A DNA stretch of 64,000 nt, taken from the NCBI GenBank assembly GCA_013416795.1, contig RQSC01000024.1, positions 40,838 to 104,837 of the forward strand, given 5' to 3'. The notes under the pieces were generated by a model. That model saw only the letters and a list, made by a program, of their open reading frames with translations. It ran no database searches and was not told the origin of the DNA. The position numbers and the translations under genes are program-made. This stretch comes from Prasinococcaceae sp. CCMP 1430. Taxonomy: Eukaryota; Plantae; Prasinodermophyta. Below are positions 39,258 to 49,100 of the stretch, piece by piece (position 1 is the first letter of the stretch; every line of letters begins with the position of its first letter).

Positions 39258-40469
39258 ATGCAGTGCCACACCGCGCGCGCCGTGCGCGCGCTTTTGCCCG
39301 CCGCTGTCCCCATGGCGACCGCGTCGCCAGGCATCGCCGCTCGCCGCGCCTCGACCAGGCCACGCGGTGCGCGCCATGTGCGCGCCGCCGGCGCGCCGCG
39401 CACACGCGTGCGCCCCTGCGCTGCCACTGCCTCACTGCCCGAGGACGAGCTGCATGCGCTGCGAGCGGCCGCCGAGGAAGCTGCAGAGGCCGGGGCGCGT
39501 GTCATCAGGGACGCGCTCGGCGACGGCACCGCAGCCGGTGCGCCGCGTGGTGTCGCGATGCGCGAGGTGCGTGTTCGCAGGAGCACGCGTTGGCCCGCGC
39601 GCCGGTGGTGCCGCAGGCGTCGGCGCAACCGCTGCTTGCTGACGCACGCTTGCGCACTCTACCGCGCCTTGCAGAAGAGCTCTGCCGCCGACATTGTGAC
39701 GGAGGTAGATGGGCGTGCTGAGGAGGCGGTCATCGCCGCGCTGCGCAGCGCGCTCGGTGATTCTTCGGTGGCAATCCTCGGCGAGGAGGGCGGCGTGACG
39801 GGCGACACCGCTGGCTCCGAGCTGCTGTGGTGCGTGGACCCCCTGGACGGCACGACAAACTTTGCGGCGGGCTACCCGTCGTTCGCGGTGAGCGTGGGAT
39901 GCCTCTTCAGAGGAGCGCCCGTTGCCGCGGCGATCGTGGAGTTCACGGGTGGCCCGTTCTGCTGGGCCACGCGTACCTTCAGCGCGGCAAAGGGCATGGG
40001 CGCCACATGCCAAGGCGCGCCGATCGAGTGCTCGCCCAACGACGCGATCGAGAAAAGCCTGCTGGTCACGGGTTTCGGCTACGACCACGGGGCGGCCTGG
40101 GCGGCCAACATGGAGTCTTTCAAGCACTTCACCGACTGCACGCGCGGCGTGCGCAGGCTGGGTGCTGCGGCTGTGGACCTTTGCCATGTCGCCCTGGGCA
40201 TAGTCGACGCCTACTGGGAGTACAATTTGTCGCCGTGGGACGTCGCCGCTGGCGTGCTGATCGCCCAGGAAGCCGGCGCGCTCGTGACGACGCTGGATGG
40301 CAAGCCGTACAGCGTGTTCGACCGGAGCATGATCGCTGTGACGCCGGGGTTGCAGGGGGCGATCCTCGACTCCTATCTCGCCCCGAGGACTCGGCGGCTC
40401 GTCGAAGAGGAGGGTGTCGACCTCGGGAGGTGGAAGATGCCGGAAGGTGTCATTCTCGACCTGCCTTAG
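39258..40469 (+). CDS. IMPL1: Inositol monophosphatase, plastid IMPL1-like; intron 39567..39674
   Basis: DIVTEVD...E, ILGEEGG, WCVDPLDGTTNFAAGYPSFAVSVG, GVRRLGAAAVDLCHVALG, WDVAAG. Transit-peptide-like N-terminus. Confidence 0.92.
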   Translation: MQCHTARAVRALLPAAVPMATASPGIAARRASTRPRGARHVRAAGAPRTRVRPCAATASLPEDELHALRAAAEEAAEAGARVIRDALGDGTAAGAPRGVAMREVRVRRSTRWPARRWCRRRRRNRCLLTHACALYRALQKSSAADIVTEVDGRAEEAVIAALRSALGDSSVAILGEEGGVTGDTAGSELLWCVDPLDGTTNFAAGYPSFAVSVGCLFRGAPVAAAIVEFTGGPFCWATRTFSAAKGMGATCQGAPIECSPNDAIEKSLLVTGFGYDHGAAWAANMESFKHFTDCTRGVRRLGAAAVDLCHVALGIVDAYWEYNLSPWDVAAGVLIAQEAGALVTTLDGKPYSVFDRSMIAVTPGLQGAILDSYLAPRTRRLVEEEGVDLGRWKMPEGVILDLP

Positions 40470-40623
40470 GGCCTAGCTAGAGAGCTCTCTAGCTCTAGCT
40501 AGAGCGCTTTCTACTAGAGCTAGCTGCATGGCTGGACGCAGTCGCAGGCCAGCTTGGGCTGCTGCGTGACTTTGACAAAACCACAAAAAATTATTACTCG
40601 GTGCGGACGCCATCGCCTTCACG

Positions 40624-43086
40624 CTACAGCGCCGTGACGACCGCGCCCCTGACGACCGCGGGCAAAGGGACCGAACCTGACCGCACCCCTTCGATGAAGA
40701 GCGCGTGCAGCTGGTCGGTGAACTCGCCCCAGTTGGCGAGAGGGCCCGTGCCGGTGAGCACAACCTGCACCCACATGCCCATCATCGCCACCATCGCCAG
40801 CCGCGCGTGCTTGATCTCGCTGGTGCGCAGCTCGTGCAAGCGCTCGTCCGACGTGACGGTGAGCCCCAGCGGGTCGAAGAGGCCACCCGGGTAGATGCGC
40901 GTCTCGTAACTTCCGCTGGCGGACGCGCGCAGCATCTCGGCGAACCCTTGCATGAACAGCTGCAAGCCGATGAACGCCTGCATGGACATGGTGTTGTCGC
41001 CCTGCAGCATGGCCAGGTGGTGGATGTTCATGAACACGGCACCCTCCCTGAGCTCCGTGGCGGGCGCCTGCGACCACGACTCCACGTAGCCGAGCGCCTC
41101 GGGCGCCATGCAGCCCACCGCCGCCAGCATCGCCCAGCGCCCGTGGAGGACCTCGACCTCGCGCAGGTACTCGAGGCGCGAGCCGCAGTACGACTTCTCG
41201 TCGTACCCCGGCGGCAGCCACGTGCCCAGGCCGCTGCCGTCCGCGGCGCGCCTGTCCTCGCGCGTGAAGCCCACCGGGTCGAAGCCCACGTCGCCCGGCA
41301 GGCTCCCGTCGAGCTCCACGGGAGCGTTGAGCATCGGCAACCACCCCGCGCGGCGGTCGGAGGCCATGCCGCCGCGCCCAGCGGTGAGGCCCGCCGCGCG
41401 CAGCAGCGGCCACATGTACTGCTCGGCCACGCGCACGCCCGCGCCCTCGTGGCCCAGGTGCGCGATCAGCCTGAAGCGAATGTCGTTGCTCGCGACGGCG
41501 AACACTCGCAGCGCGAACATCAGCAGCTCGGGGCCCGACAGCCGGTGGCTGAGGAAGCTCTGCCACCACACGTTGGGCAGCCGGAAGAACGTGCGGAAGA
41601 AGGCGAGGAGCGTGGGCTGGTCGAAGGTGAGCATCATCCGCATCCCGAACTCGTAGAAGCCCTGCTGCCGCCGCCGGTCGTCGTCCCACAGCTGGTCCCA
41701 CGCGAGGCGCGCCGCCTCCTCGGCGGGCACCTGCGAGTCGGAGGCGAGCCCGTCGGCAATGGCGCGCGCCACGTGGGGGGCGCGCGTGAGCATGTTGGCG
41801 ATGTGGTAGCCGCTCACGGGGTGCACCATGCCGGCGGCCGCGCCGAAGGCCACCGAGCGCTGCGGCGCCACGGGCACCGTGCCGCCCAGCGGGATCCAGC
41901 TGGCCTCCTCCTCCAGCACCGCCTCCACGTGCGCGTCCTCGTCGAGGCCCATGCGCTGCAGCCGGCGCGTCAGGCGCGCCTTGAGCTCGTCGAAGGGCAC
42001 CGCGTGGTCGGTGGGCGCCACGAGGCACGTCTCCTGCAGGAAGACCGTGTCTTCGTCGACGGGGAAGGCGTAGAGGATGCTCGGCCAGTGCGAGTGCGAC
42101 GCGCAGTCCTCGCCGTGCGCGCCCGCCAGCGCCTCCTCGCGCTCGGTGTCCTGATGGCGGAAGTCCATGAAGAGGGCCGTGTCCATGGGCCACGGGTGGT
42201 TCTTCCAGGTGACCTCGTAGCCGTAGGCGGTCTGCATGGTGGGGCGCGGGCCGTCCTCGTAGGCGAGGAGCTCGCGGTTGTGGCCGAGCGCCAGCACGGG
42301 CACCTTGGCACGCAGCGGCGTCTCGCGGCCGCGCACGCGCAGCTCGCTGTGCTGGCGCTCGTGCTCGATGCCATCGACGAGGGCGTCGAGGTACTGCACG
42401 CCGCCGGCGCGCGCGGCGGCCAGCAGCTTGGCGCGCAGCTCGCGGCGGCCCAAGCGCACGTAGCGGCGGCCCAGGTCGAGCTGCTCGCTCTCGGAAAGCC
42501 ACACCTCCATCTTGTCGTAGCGCTGGACCACGGCGTCGCTGAGGTCCAGCGGGATCTCGGCGAGTTCGTCCTCGAAGATGCCGTAGTTGTTCACGAAGCA
42601 CGACTCGGGGCCCAGGAGCAGCACGCTCAGGCCGGTGCCGGCGAGCTCGGCGGCCATGGCGATGCCGGCCGGGCCGGTGCCGACCACCACGGCGTCGTAG
42701 TCATCGCGTCCGTCGGCCGGCTCTAGTTGGCTCGACAGCGGCGGCTGCTCCGTGTCCTCCTTGCCCTCCTGGAACGACACCCACTTGCGCGAGCTCGAAT
42801 CGAGCTCGCGCTCGAGGCGCTCCTCCGTGCGCTCGGCCCACACGGCGCACCGCGCGGGCGCGCGGGCCGAGCGCGCGCGCGCTGCNNNNNNNNNNNNNNN
42901 NNNNNNNNNNNNNNNNNNNNNNNNNNNNNNNNNNNNNNNNNNNNNNNNNNNNNCGCGCCGCCGCGCGGATCGCGCGCGCGGCCCGGCCGCGCCGCGCGGG
43001 TTCCGTTCCATTTGGGGTTCACCCCAGATTCGCGCGCATCCGCGCGGCGCCGACAACGTCTCTTTGGCCTCAACAACGGATTCCAT
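40624..43086 (-). CDS. LCYE: Lycopene epsilon-cyclase fused in frame to a C-terminal light-harvesting complex (LHC) domain; N-terminus crosses an N-gap
   Basis: Cyclase motifs VVVGTGPAG, LLGPESCFVNNYG, MQTAYGYEV, FLQETCLV, WIPLGGTVP, GMVHPVSGY. With no stop, LHC motifs follow: LPGDVGFDPVG, REVEVLHGRWAML, YPGGLFDPLG, EIKHARLAM, TGTGPLAN. Confidence 0.93.
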   Translation of the reverse strand: MESVVEAKETLSAPRGCARIWGEPQMERNPRGAAGPRARSARRRXXXXXXXXXXXXXXXXXXXXXXXAARARSARAPARCAVWAERTEERLERELDSSSRKWVSFQEGKEDTEQPPLSSQLEPADGRDDYDAVVVGTGPAGIAMAAELAGTGLSVLLLGPESCFVNNYGIFEDELAEIPLDLSDAVVQRYDKMEVWLSESEQLDLGRRYVRLGRRELRAKLLAAARAGGVQYLDALVDGIEHERQHSELRVRGRETPLRAKVPVLALGHNRELLAYEDGPRPTMQTAYGYEVTWKNHPWPMDTALFMDFRHQDTEREEALAGAHGEDCASHSHWPSILYAFPVDEDTVFLQETCLVAPTDHAVPFDELKARLTRRLQRMGLDEDAHVEAVLEEEASWIPLGGTVPVAPQRSVAFGAAAGMVHPVSGYHIANMLTRAPHVARAIADGLASDSQVPAEEAARLAWDQLWDDDRRRQQGFYEFGMRMMLTFDQPTLLAFFRTFFRLPNVWWQSFLSHRLSGPELLMFALRVFAVASNDIRFRLIAHLGHEGAGVRVAEQYMWPLLRAAGLTAGRGGMASDRRAGWLPMLNAPVELDGSLPGDVGFDPVGFTREDRRAADGSGLGTWLPPGYDEKSYCGSRLEYLREVEVLHGRWAMLAAVGCMAPEALGYVESWSQAPATELREGAVFMNIHHLAMLQGDNTMSMQAFIGLQLFMQGFAEMLRASASGSYETRIYPGGLFDPLGLTVTSDERLHELRTSEIKHARLAMVAMMGMWVQVVLTGTGPLANWGEFTDQLHALFIEGVRSGSVPLPAVVRGAVVTAL
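42886..42953. other. Assembly gap (68 N)
   Basis: N run inside the 5' part of LCYE-LHC. Confidence 0.99.
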
Positions 43087-43380
43087 TTGATTGGGTTCGA
43101 TTGGGTTTTGATGTGGATTCCGCTCTTATCCGCTGCGGAGGGCCGGATTGCGCCCGCACCCAAAGATCTCCCAGGTGCAGGCCCATGCGCCACATCGGAG
43201 CGCACGAAAGGGTCTGCTAAAAATGGATATGGATGTGTAAATAAATATGGAAAGGGGCGGATGTGCGCGGGGAGGGTTTGGGTTTATCGGTCCAAACCTC
43301 AAACGGGACGCGGGCTCGGTTTTGGCGCCGCGCGCGGGCGCGTGTCCCGCGCGCGCCCGCGGCGCCGCCGCCCCGGCAGC

Positions 43381-43433
43381 CCCTGTAAACCCCTTTAACC
43401 CCTTTTGACCCCTTTCACCCCAACCCAAACCCT
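43381..43433. repeat. Degenerate telomere-like (A)ACCCC(T)n tandem tract
   Basis: ccctgtaaacccctttaaccccttttgacccctttcaccccaacccaaaccct. Confidence 0.55.
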
Positions 43434-43712
43434 CGGCCGCGACTCCGGAGTCCTCCGGAGTCCTCCGGGGGCTGCCAGCCAGTCTCTCTCTGTCTGTTGG
43501 TGGGTGGGTGGAAGGGTGGGTGGGTGGGCGTCTGACTGACTCTGAGTGTGTGTGTGATTGTGACTCTGTCTGGCTGGTGTGTGTGCCAAGTGCGCTCCCC
43601 AGCCAGCCTCTGCTCCTGCTCCAGCTCGCGTGCCGGGCCGGGCCAGCAGCGCCGGCGCGCTGCCTGGCCGCGGCCGCGACTCCGGAGTCCTCCGGACTGC
43701 CAGTCTCTCTGT
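43434..43712. repeat. Two copies of a ~50-bp element with palindromic core GACTCCGGAGTC (starting at about 43434 and 43671)
   Basis: cggccgcgactccggagtcctccgga occurs twice, each copy followed by ctgccag...tctctct. Confidence 0.85.
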
Positions 43713-43775
43713 CTCCGTCTCTGTCTCTGTCTCTGTCTCTGTCTCCGTCTCCGTCTCTGTCTCCGTCTCTGTCTG
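43703..43775. repeat. Hexamer microsatellite (TCTCTG/TCTCCG)n, about 12 units
   Basis: tctctctgtctccgtctctgtctctgtctctgtctctgtctccgtctccgtctctgtctccgtctctgtct. Confidence 0.9.
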
Positions 43776-44255
43776 TGTGGCCCGTCGCGGCGGCGGCTCT
43801 CGGCCTCTCGATCCGATCCCGCGCGGGCGCCGCGCCGCTGTGCGCTCCGCCGCCCGCGCGCGCGCGCGCGCGCGCGCGCGCCCCGGATTCGATCCAAAAT
43901 TGCGGGCCCGCGCCCGAAGCGCGCGCGCCATCCCCATCCGCCCTCCAACCAGGCAGGCCGCCCTTCCAGACGCAGGCCATCGTTTTACGATGGGTCGAAA
44001 TTGGGCACACCGCGCGTATTGAATGTACCTTTCGTGTATGTTTTACGGATATGCGTCCAAAATCGACGCGAACTCCTCTCCGCGCGGTGCGCGCAAAAAT
44101 CGCGCGTCCGTGCGGCGGGCGCCGGGGACGAAACCTCAACCTCCGCGCGCGCTCCGCGCGCGCGGGCGCACGTCGCAGAAGGTGTAAATCAGACCCTATT
44201 GAGGGTGTGACCGTAAAGGCGCGCCCGCGGCGGCGCGGCGGCGCGCCACGCGGCG

Positions 44256-44256
44256 N
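44256..44256. other. Single-N assembly gap
   Basis: One N at the 5' end of the LCYB reading frame. Confidence 0.95.
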
Positions 44257-44258
44257 GC

Positions 44259-46019
44259 CGCTGCAGCGCCACGCGGCTGCTGTCCGCTGGGCCTGCGGCA
44301 AAGGAGAGAGAGGGAGGCGATCGCGGCGCGTCAGCAGTTGACGCGCGAGAGGAGCGACGGACGAGAGAGGGGGCGGCGGCGGCGGCGGCGAACGGCGAGA
44401 CGGTGCTCGTGGCGGACGGAGCCGTCGCGCCCGCGGCGATGCCCGCTGGCGCCGCGGCGGCGGTGAGTGTCGGCGAGCGCACGCGCACGGGGGATGGCGC
44501 CGGGGCCAGCGCGAGGGAGAGCGCGCTGGGCGCGCTGCCGGCGTGGGACCCGTCGCTGGGCACGCTGGACCTGGTGGTGGTGGGCATGGGCCCCGCGGGC
44601 CTGAGCGCGGCCGAGGAGGCCTCGCGCCGGGGGATGCGCGTCGTGGTCGTGGAGCCGCGGCCCAACGCAGCGTGGCCCAACAACTACGGCGTGTGGATCG
44701 ACGAGTTCGAGGCGATGGGCCTCGAGGACTGCATCGACACGGAGTGGCAGCGCGCCAAGGTGCAGTTCACCGAGAAGGAGGAGGCGTCGGTGCTCGACCG
44801 CAAGTACGGGCGCGTGAACCGCCGCCGCCTCAAGGATCGCCTGCTCAAGGGCTGCGTGGCGAACGGCGTCGTCTTCCACGCGGCGCGCGCGGTCGGCGTG
44901 ACGCACGCCGAGCGGTGGCGCTCCGCGGTGAAGTGCTCGGACGGCGCCGAGGTGCTCGGGGCGGCGGTGCTCGACGGGACGGGGCACGCGCGCTCGCTGG
45001 TGGAGTTCGAGGGCGAGTTCGACCCGGGGTACCAGGGCGCGTACGGCATCATGATTGAGGTCGAGAGCCACCCCTTCGAGCTGGACACCATGTTCTTCAT
45101 GGACTGGCGCGACGACCACCTGGCCGGCGACGTGAGCATGCGCGAGCGCAACGCCGCGCTGCCCACGTTCCTGTACACCATGCCGTTCTCGCCCACGCGC
45201 ATCTTCGTGGAGGAGACCAGCCTGGTGGCGCGGCCGGCGGTGCCCTTCCCCGAGCTCAAGGCGCGCCTCGAGAAGCGGCTGGCGGGCCTGGGCGTGGTGG
45301 TGAAGGAGGTGCTCGAGGAGGAGTACTGCCTCATCCCCATGGGCGGCGTGCTGCCGAGGATGCCGCAGCGCGTGCTCGGTTTGGGCGGCACGGGCGGCAT
45401 GGTGCACCCGGCCACGGGCTTCATGATCGCGCGCACCCTGGGCGCGGCGCCGCTGCTGATCGACGCGCTCGAGACGGAGCTCACCGCCGCGCGGCGCCAG
45501 GCGGCCTCGGCGCTCCCCACCGGCACGCCGCGGGAGGACGTGCTGGCGATGGTGGACATGGACGAGGTCAGCGCGCGCGTGTGGTCCCAGACGTGGCCTG
45601 ACTGGCGTTTGCAGCAGAGGGAATTTTTCAACACAGGCATGGACATCCTGCTCAGGCTGGGGCTGGACGCCACGCGGTCGTTCTTCGCGGCGTTCTTCAA
45701 GACCAGCACGTATAACTGGCAGGGGTTCCTCTCGTATCGGCTCACGCTGGTCGAGCTCTTTTCGTTCGGGCTGGAATTCTTCGCGGTGGGCGACTGGCGC
45801 ATGCGCAAGTTCACCACGGTCAACGCGCTGCCCGGGGTGTTCACGCTCTTTCAGAAGATCGCGACGGGTGGCTTTTCGCGGCAGGTGGGCATCACGGAGG
45901 GGGAGGAGGGCGTGCGCTGGCGCGGGAGCGCCAAGGGCGACTTCGACGAGGAGATGAAGAAGGCGCTCGAGACGCGCGAGGAGCAGCTGCCCAAGGACGC
46001 GGTGCCGCCCGTGCGGTGA
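44259..46019 (+). CDS. LCYB: Lycopene beta-cyclase (5' end likely lies in the N gap)
   Basis: LPAWDPS, DLVVVGMGPAG, WPNNYGVWIDEFEAM, YGRVNRRRLK, DPGYQGAYGI, FMDWRDDHL, PTFLYTMPFS, FVEETSLVARP, GMVHPATGF. Frame is open back to the N (RCSATRLL..., transit-peptide-like). Confidence 0.95.
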   Translation, partial: RCSATRLLSAGPAAKEREGGDRGASAVDAREERRTREGAAAAAANGETVLVADGAVAPAAMPAGAAAAVSVGERTRTGDGAGASARESALGALPAWDPSLGTLDLVVVGMGPAGLSAAEEASRRGMRVVVVEPRPNAAWPNNYGVWIDEFEAMGLEDCIDTEWQRAKVQFTEKEEASVLDRKYGRVNRRRLKDRLLKGCVANGVVFHAARAVGVTHAERWRSAVKCSDGAEVLGAAVLDGTGHARSLVEFEGEFDPGYQGAYGIMIEVESHPFELDTMFFMDWRDDHLAGDVSMRERNAALPTFLYTMPFSPTRIFVEETSLVARPAVPFPELKARLEKRLAGLGVVVKEVLEEEYCLIPMGGVLPRMPQRVLGLGGTGGMVHPATGFMIARTLGAAPLLIDALETELTAARRQAASALPTGTPREDVLAMVDMDEVSARVWSQTWPDWRLQQREFFNTGMDILLRLGLDATRSFFAAFFKTSTYNWQGFLSYRLTLVELFSFGLEFFAVGDWRMRKFTTVNALPGVFTLFQKIATGGFSRQVGITEGEEGVRWRGSAKGDFDEEMKKALETREEQLPKDAVPPVR

Positions 46020-46177
46020 GGCGAGACACGCCAGAGGCGCTAGTGCGCCCCGCGTGAGCCGCCCGAGGCTGCACGCGCGAGTAATGAGACAGTCGAACCC
46101 ACCGCATGCTCAGTGCGCGCGCGCGCCGGTCCTCGCGCGCCGAGCTCGTGGTAGGTGGCCCTTCGTCCTTTACGCTC

Positions 46178-49100
46178 TCACGTGCACAGCCGGATGGTCC
46201 GCAGCATGCGCTCGGCCGCCTCCTTGGAGGTAAACGTGGCCTGATAGACTGCTCCGCTGTGCTCCTCGAGCGCAATGCTGTTGGGCGCGAGCAGTGCGTC
46301 GGTGGACACCGAAGCCAGGTGACCGTGCTCCGCCTCCCAGAGCGGCTGGGCGGGCTTGCCCTGGTGCTGCGCGCACGCGAGCGTCCGCCGCGTTGTCACG
46401 AAAAGCAGCATGTGTGCACCAGTGGCACCGGCCACCCCCGCGGCGCTCTTGGCCGCGTCGAGGTAAAATCGACCCTCGGGGCAGCGCGTCTCCACACACG
46501 CCGCATGGTCCACGTAGCGCTCGCCTCGCGCGACGTAGTCGCCCTTGGAGACGGCGGCGAGCGCCGCCTGGGCGCCTGCCGCCGCCGGTGAGAAGGGTGA
46601 TAGCAGGCATGCGCCCCCGGCGCCGGCGGTGCGAGGCAGGCGCGTCCTAAAGGGAGAGAGCGGAGCAGCCGAGCAGCGGAGTGGCGCAACGGGAACGAGC
46701 GGTCAGCAATTTTTTTGGCGACCAAACGGCCAGAGCCGCATGCCGCGCGCTCGCGCCAGCGTGCGTGCGCCGCGACGACGACAACAAGCACATACCGTCG
46801 CCTCATCGCCTGGGCCTCATCCCTTGTTGTCGTGAGTGCTTGCTCAAGCGCCCCGTAGCCGACCAGGCTGGTGGCCGCCACGCGCGCGCCTCTGTACATT
46901 GCGGAGCGCGTGTAGTGCCTCGAGACGGCCGCTGCCACGCGCGCGGGCGTCGCAAACACGTTTCTCGCAACGAAGCCCGGCAGCCGCATTGATCCTCGCA
47001 TCGTTGGCATGAGCTGCAGCACACTCAGCGCGCTCTGCCACTCCTTCGCAGCCTCCGCCACGGCAGAGGATGCCTCGGAAACGCCCCCGCGAGCGGACGG
47101 TGCAGGGATGGCCGCCGCCGCCGCGACTTCCGCTTCGGACGTGACCACCAGCCGCTCCAGGTTGAGGCCTCCGACCTTGAGCAGCTCTATGAGCACGAAG
47201 CCGAGCTCCGAGCCGCGACCCGACGTGGCAGCAGAGACAGCCACGTACTGCTGCGCGAAGGCGCGATCCAGTTGTGCCCACCAGTCCCTGTCCGCAGTGG
47301 CGGGCCTCTGCACGGTCATGGCCTCGCGCACATCTGGGCGGACCCTGTTCAGCACGGAGACGACGCCGCCCTGGCCGGCCTCGCCTGTGTACGCATCGAA
47401 GGTGTCCTGCGCGTCGGCGAAGAGCGCGGCGAAGTATACAGTGAGCTGAGGCACGATTTCCCCCACGTCGAGAGCAATCGACACGGGCGCGCCGATGCCC
47501 AGGCTGATCTCCTCAAAGTTGTCGCGCACGGGGCGCTCGCCGGGAAGCACGCCCTCCAGCTGCCCGCGGAAGAAGGCAGCGGGCATGCCGCCGCTGCCGC
47601 TCGCAGTCGCGATGACTGGCCTCTTGGTGAGCAGGAGCTGGTTGTCCAGCTGAAGCTTAGCAACTTCGATCGACATCCCTGGTGCCTCGGGTGACGCAGT
47701 CGCGGTCGCGCGCACACCCGTTAGGCGCATGTACGCAATCTCCCTCGCGTCTCGGTCGATGAGGCTCAGACCGACGCCCTGGCAGAAGCACGAGAGACTC
47801 GTGGAGCGGGCCGCGGCCGAGGAGGGATCAACAAGCGCGCGGCTATCGAGCTGGGCCTCGCTACGCCGGGCGCGGCCCGAGAGCGAGGCGGAGTCTCGTT
47901 GGCCTTCGCCGTCGCCAGCGCGCGTGTCGCCTGGCTCCTCCCACTCGAGGTCGTACGTCGTAGTTGCGAACGTGACGGTGCGCCCGCCGCCACCGTGGGG
48001 AGAGACCTTGCAGTGATATCGCTGGGCGGAGTACCTGTTGACGAGCTCGAGCGAGTTCCTGTCATCCTTGCTTCTCTGCGCGCAGCTGCGGAGCAGCTGT
48101 GCACAGCCAGCGGCTTTGGGCACCGACACGTACATCCTCGCACGCCCATGCCCGCCTCGCATGCTCACGCGCACCTCGCCCACGCCTCCCTCTCTCCTCG
48201 CATACGAGCGAACGCTGGCGACGTCCTCGAGCGGGATGGCGTCGCGCGGACCTTGTCCGCCCGAGTCAAAGAGGCCCATGTGTGGTGTGATGAAGAGGGT
48301 GCCCCTGACGCTGTCTTTGCCCGGCCTGATCCATGTCGCCTTGTATGCCTCGATCAAGCGCTCTTCGTGGGGCACATCGAAGCGCGCGAGTGCCACGTCC
48401 GGGTGCGGAGTGCGCGTACGTCGCGGCAGCACATACAGCGGCTCCGTGCGCCGACCCGTGGTGCGAAGGTCGACTCGGTGCACGCGCCCGAAGAGGCCGT
48501 CTCCGAGTGTCCCTGCGATCTGCTGTGTCGAGGCCGGGACGCTGCTCCCGCCCGCAACGGCCATGGCCCCGGCGTCCATGTCGGGGAGCACCTCCGCTGC
48601 TACCTTTGGTATTCGTGAGCGCGAGAGCCCGAGAGGATGCGACCGCGTAAGCGACAGCAGCGCGTGTGCGGATGGGCTGCGCTGGCGCGCAGGCGCAGGC
48701 GCCAAGGCGGGACGCCGAGCGCGCGATGCTAGCACGCACCTCAATGATGGCTCCGGCCTTGTCAGACTCGAGGCAGTACGCTACGCTGTGGTCCGCAGGC
48801 ACGACTTGCCAAGGCACGGGCAGGTCCGCCTGGCGCACCACTAGTCGCCTGCCATGCCAAAGTCTGTTCTGCACGGCGTACGGGAGAGTGGGCGTCTCCG
48901 TGAAGACCACTGCGAGTGTACCTGTCGGTAGCGCACGCACCCCCGCGCGCAGCACGGCCACGGGGCAAACTGCTGGAAAAGAGGGGCTGCCTTCAGCTGG
49001 ACGCGGCCGCATTTTGAGCAACAAATATGTGTCCGGTCGCATCGCACTGATTGCCGTTGGTGACCAATCCGACTCGAACAGCGAGCTGCGCGGGTCGGCG

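Noticed and set aside
40705-42726. 673-aa plus-strand ORF (and the 660-aa alternative minus frame) over LCYE-LHC
   Set aside because: Shadow ORFs expected from high GC3 codon bias; no motifs. The same applies to most long Arg/Ala/Pro-rich ORFs in the track (e.g. 17012..18913, 25305..26381, 9912..10775).
43381-43433. Possible interstitial telomere or chromosome-fusion scar
   Set aside because: Units are too degenerate and few; no run of perfect TTTAGGG/TTAGGG. Kept only as a low-complexity tract.
43434-43712. CRISPR-like repeat-spacer pattern
   Set aside because: Only two copies, about 240 bp apart, eukaryotic context, no cas genes.
43126-44301. 391-aa ORF with DRDGDRD repeats, and the ETETET/VSVSVS frames
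   Set aside because: These are translations of the hexamer microsatellite in the intergenic spacer; no coding signature.
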